Part shown: piece after piece, positions 63,524-64,000 of the stretch
Layout of the letters: every line of letters begins with the position of its first letter
Position numbering within the stretch: the stretch's first letter is position 1
NCBI GenBank assembly: GCA_965235115.1
Contig: OZ249436.1
Coordinates: 13,020,001 to 13,084,000, forward strand
Source: Laetmonice hystrix
Lineage: Eukaryota
Reading direction: 5' to 3'
Length of the DNA stretch: 64,000 nucleotides
Position numbers and translations under genes: made by a program
The notes under the pieces: model-generated
Told to the model about the DNA's origin: nothing
The model's database searches: none
What the model saw: the letters and a program-made list of their open reading frames with translations, nothing else

Positions 63524-64000
63524 ACGTCCAGCCCAACCTGGACCACTCTCCCGCCACGTGTACACGTCCAGCCCAACCTGGGCCGCTCTCCCGCCACGTG
63601 TACACGTCCAGCCCAACCTGGACCACTCTCCCGCCACGTGTACACGTCCAGCCCAACCTGGACCACTCTCCCGCCACGTGTACACGTCCAGCCCAACCTG
63701 GATCGCTCTCCCGCCACGTGTACACGTCCAGCCCAACCTGGACCACTCTCCCGCCACGTGTACACGTCCACCCCAACCTGGACCACTCTCCCGCCAGGTG
63801 TACACGTCCAGCGCAACCTGGACCACTCTCCCGCCACGTGTACACGTCCAGCCCAACCTGGACCACTCTCCCGCCACGTGTACACGTCCAGCCCAACCTG
63901 GACCACTCTCCCGCCACGTCCAGCCCAACCTGGACCACTCTCCCGCCACGTGTACACGTCAGCCCAACCTGGACCACTCTCCCGCCACGTGTACACGTCC
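63524..64000. repeat. Minisatellite, 40-bp unit, ~12 copies, runs off the window end
   Basis: Unit acgtccagcccaacctggaccactctcccgccacgtgtac. Confidence 0.97.

Noticed and set aside
63313-63996. Three overlapping minus-strand ORFs of 161-227 aa
   Set aside because: The 40-bp repeat happens to be stop-free on that strand. Not coding evidence.

Overview
Eukaryotic (bilaterian invertebrate-like) genomic DNA, repeat-rich and intron-dominated; the species cannot be determined from sequence alone. The main feature is a spliced minus-strand gene that the ORF track does not show as a unit. Nine exons were assembled by hand with canonical GT-AG junctions and matching phases: join(46270-46580, 22720-22884, 17899-18110, 14432-14599, 14030-14157, 11193-11247, 10577-10825, 9986-10145, 9560-9659), 1548 nt, 515 codons plus stop. 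The product is an unrecognised protein with four tandem copies of an ~90-110 aa domain and a C-terminal CGCVIQ* CaaX motif. A candidate first coding exon (60308-60334) lies ~290 bp downstream of a strong RFX X-box. The window also holds an intact tRNA-Asn(GTT), a tRNA-derived SINE, three MITE-like elements, weak LINE remnants, several CTCF-like motifs and at least eight unrelated minisatellite arrays. Most ORFs in the supplied track are repeat-derived or chance ORFs. No prokaryotic features, CRISPR arrays or rRNA were seen.
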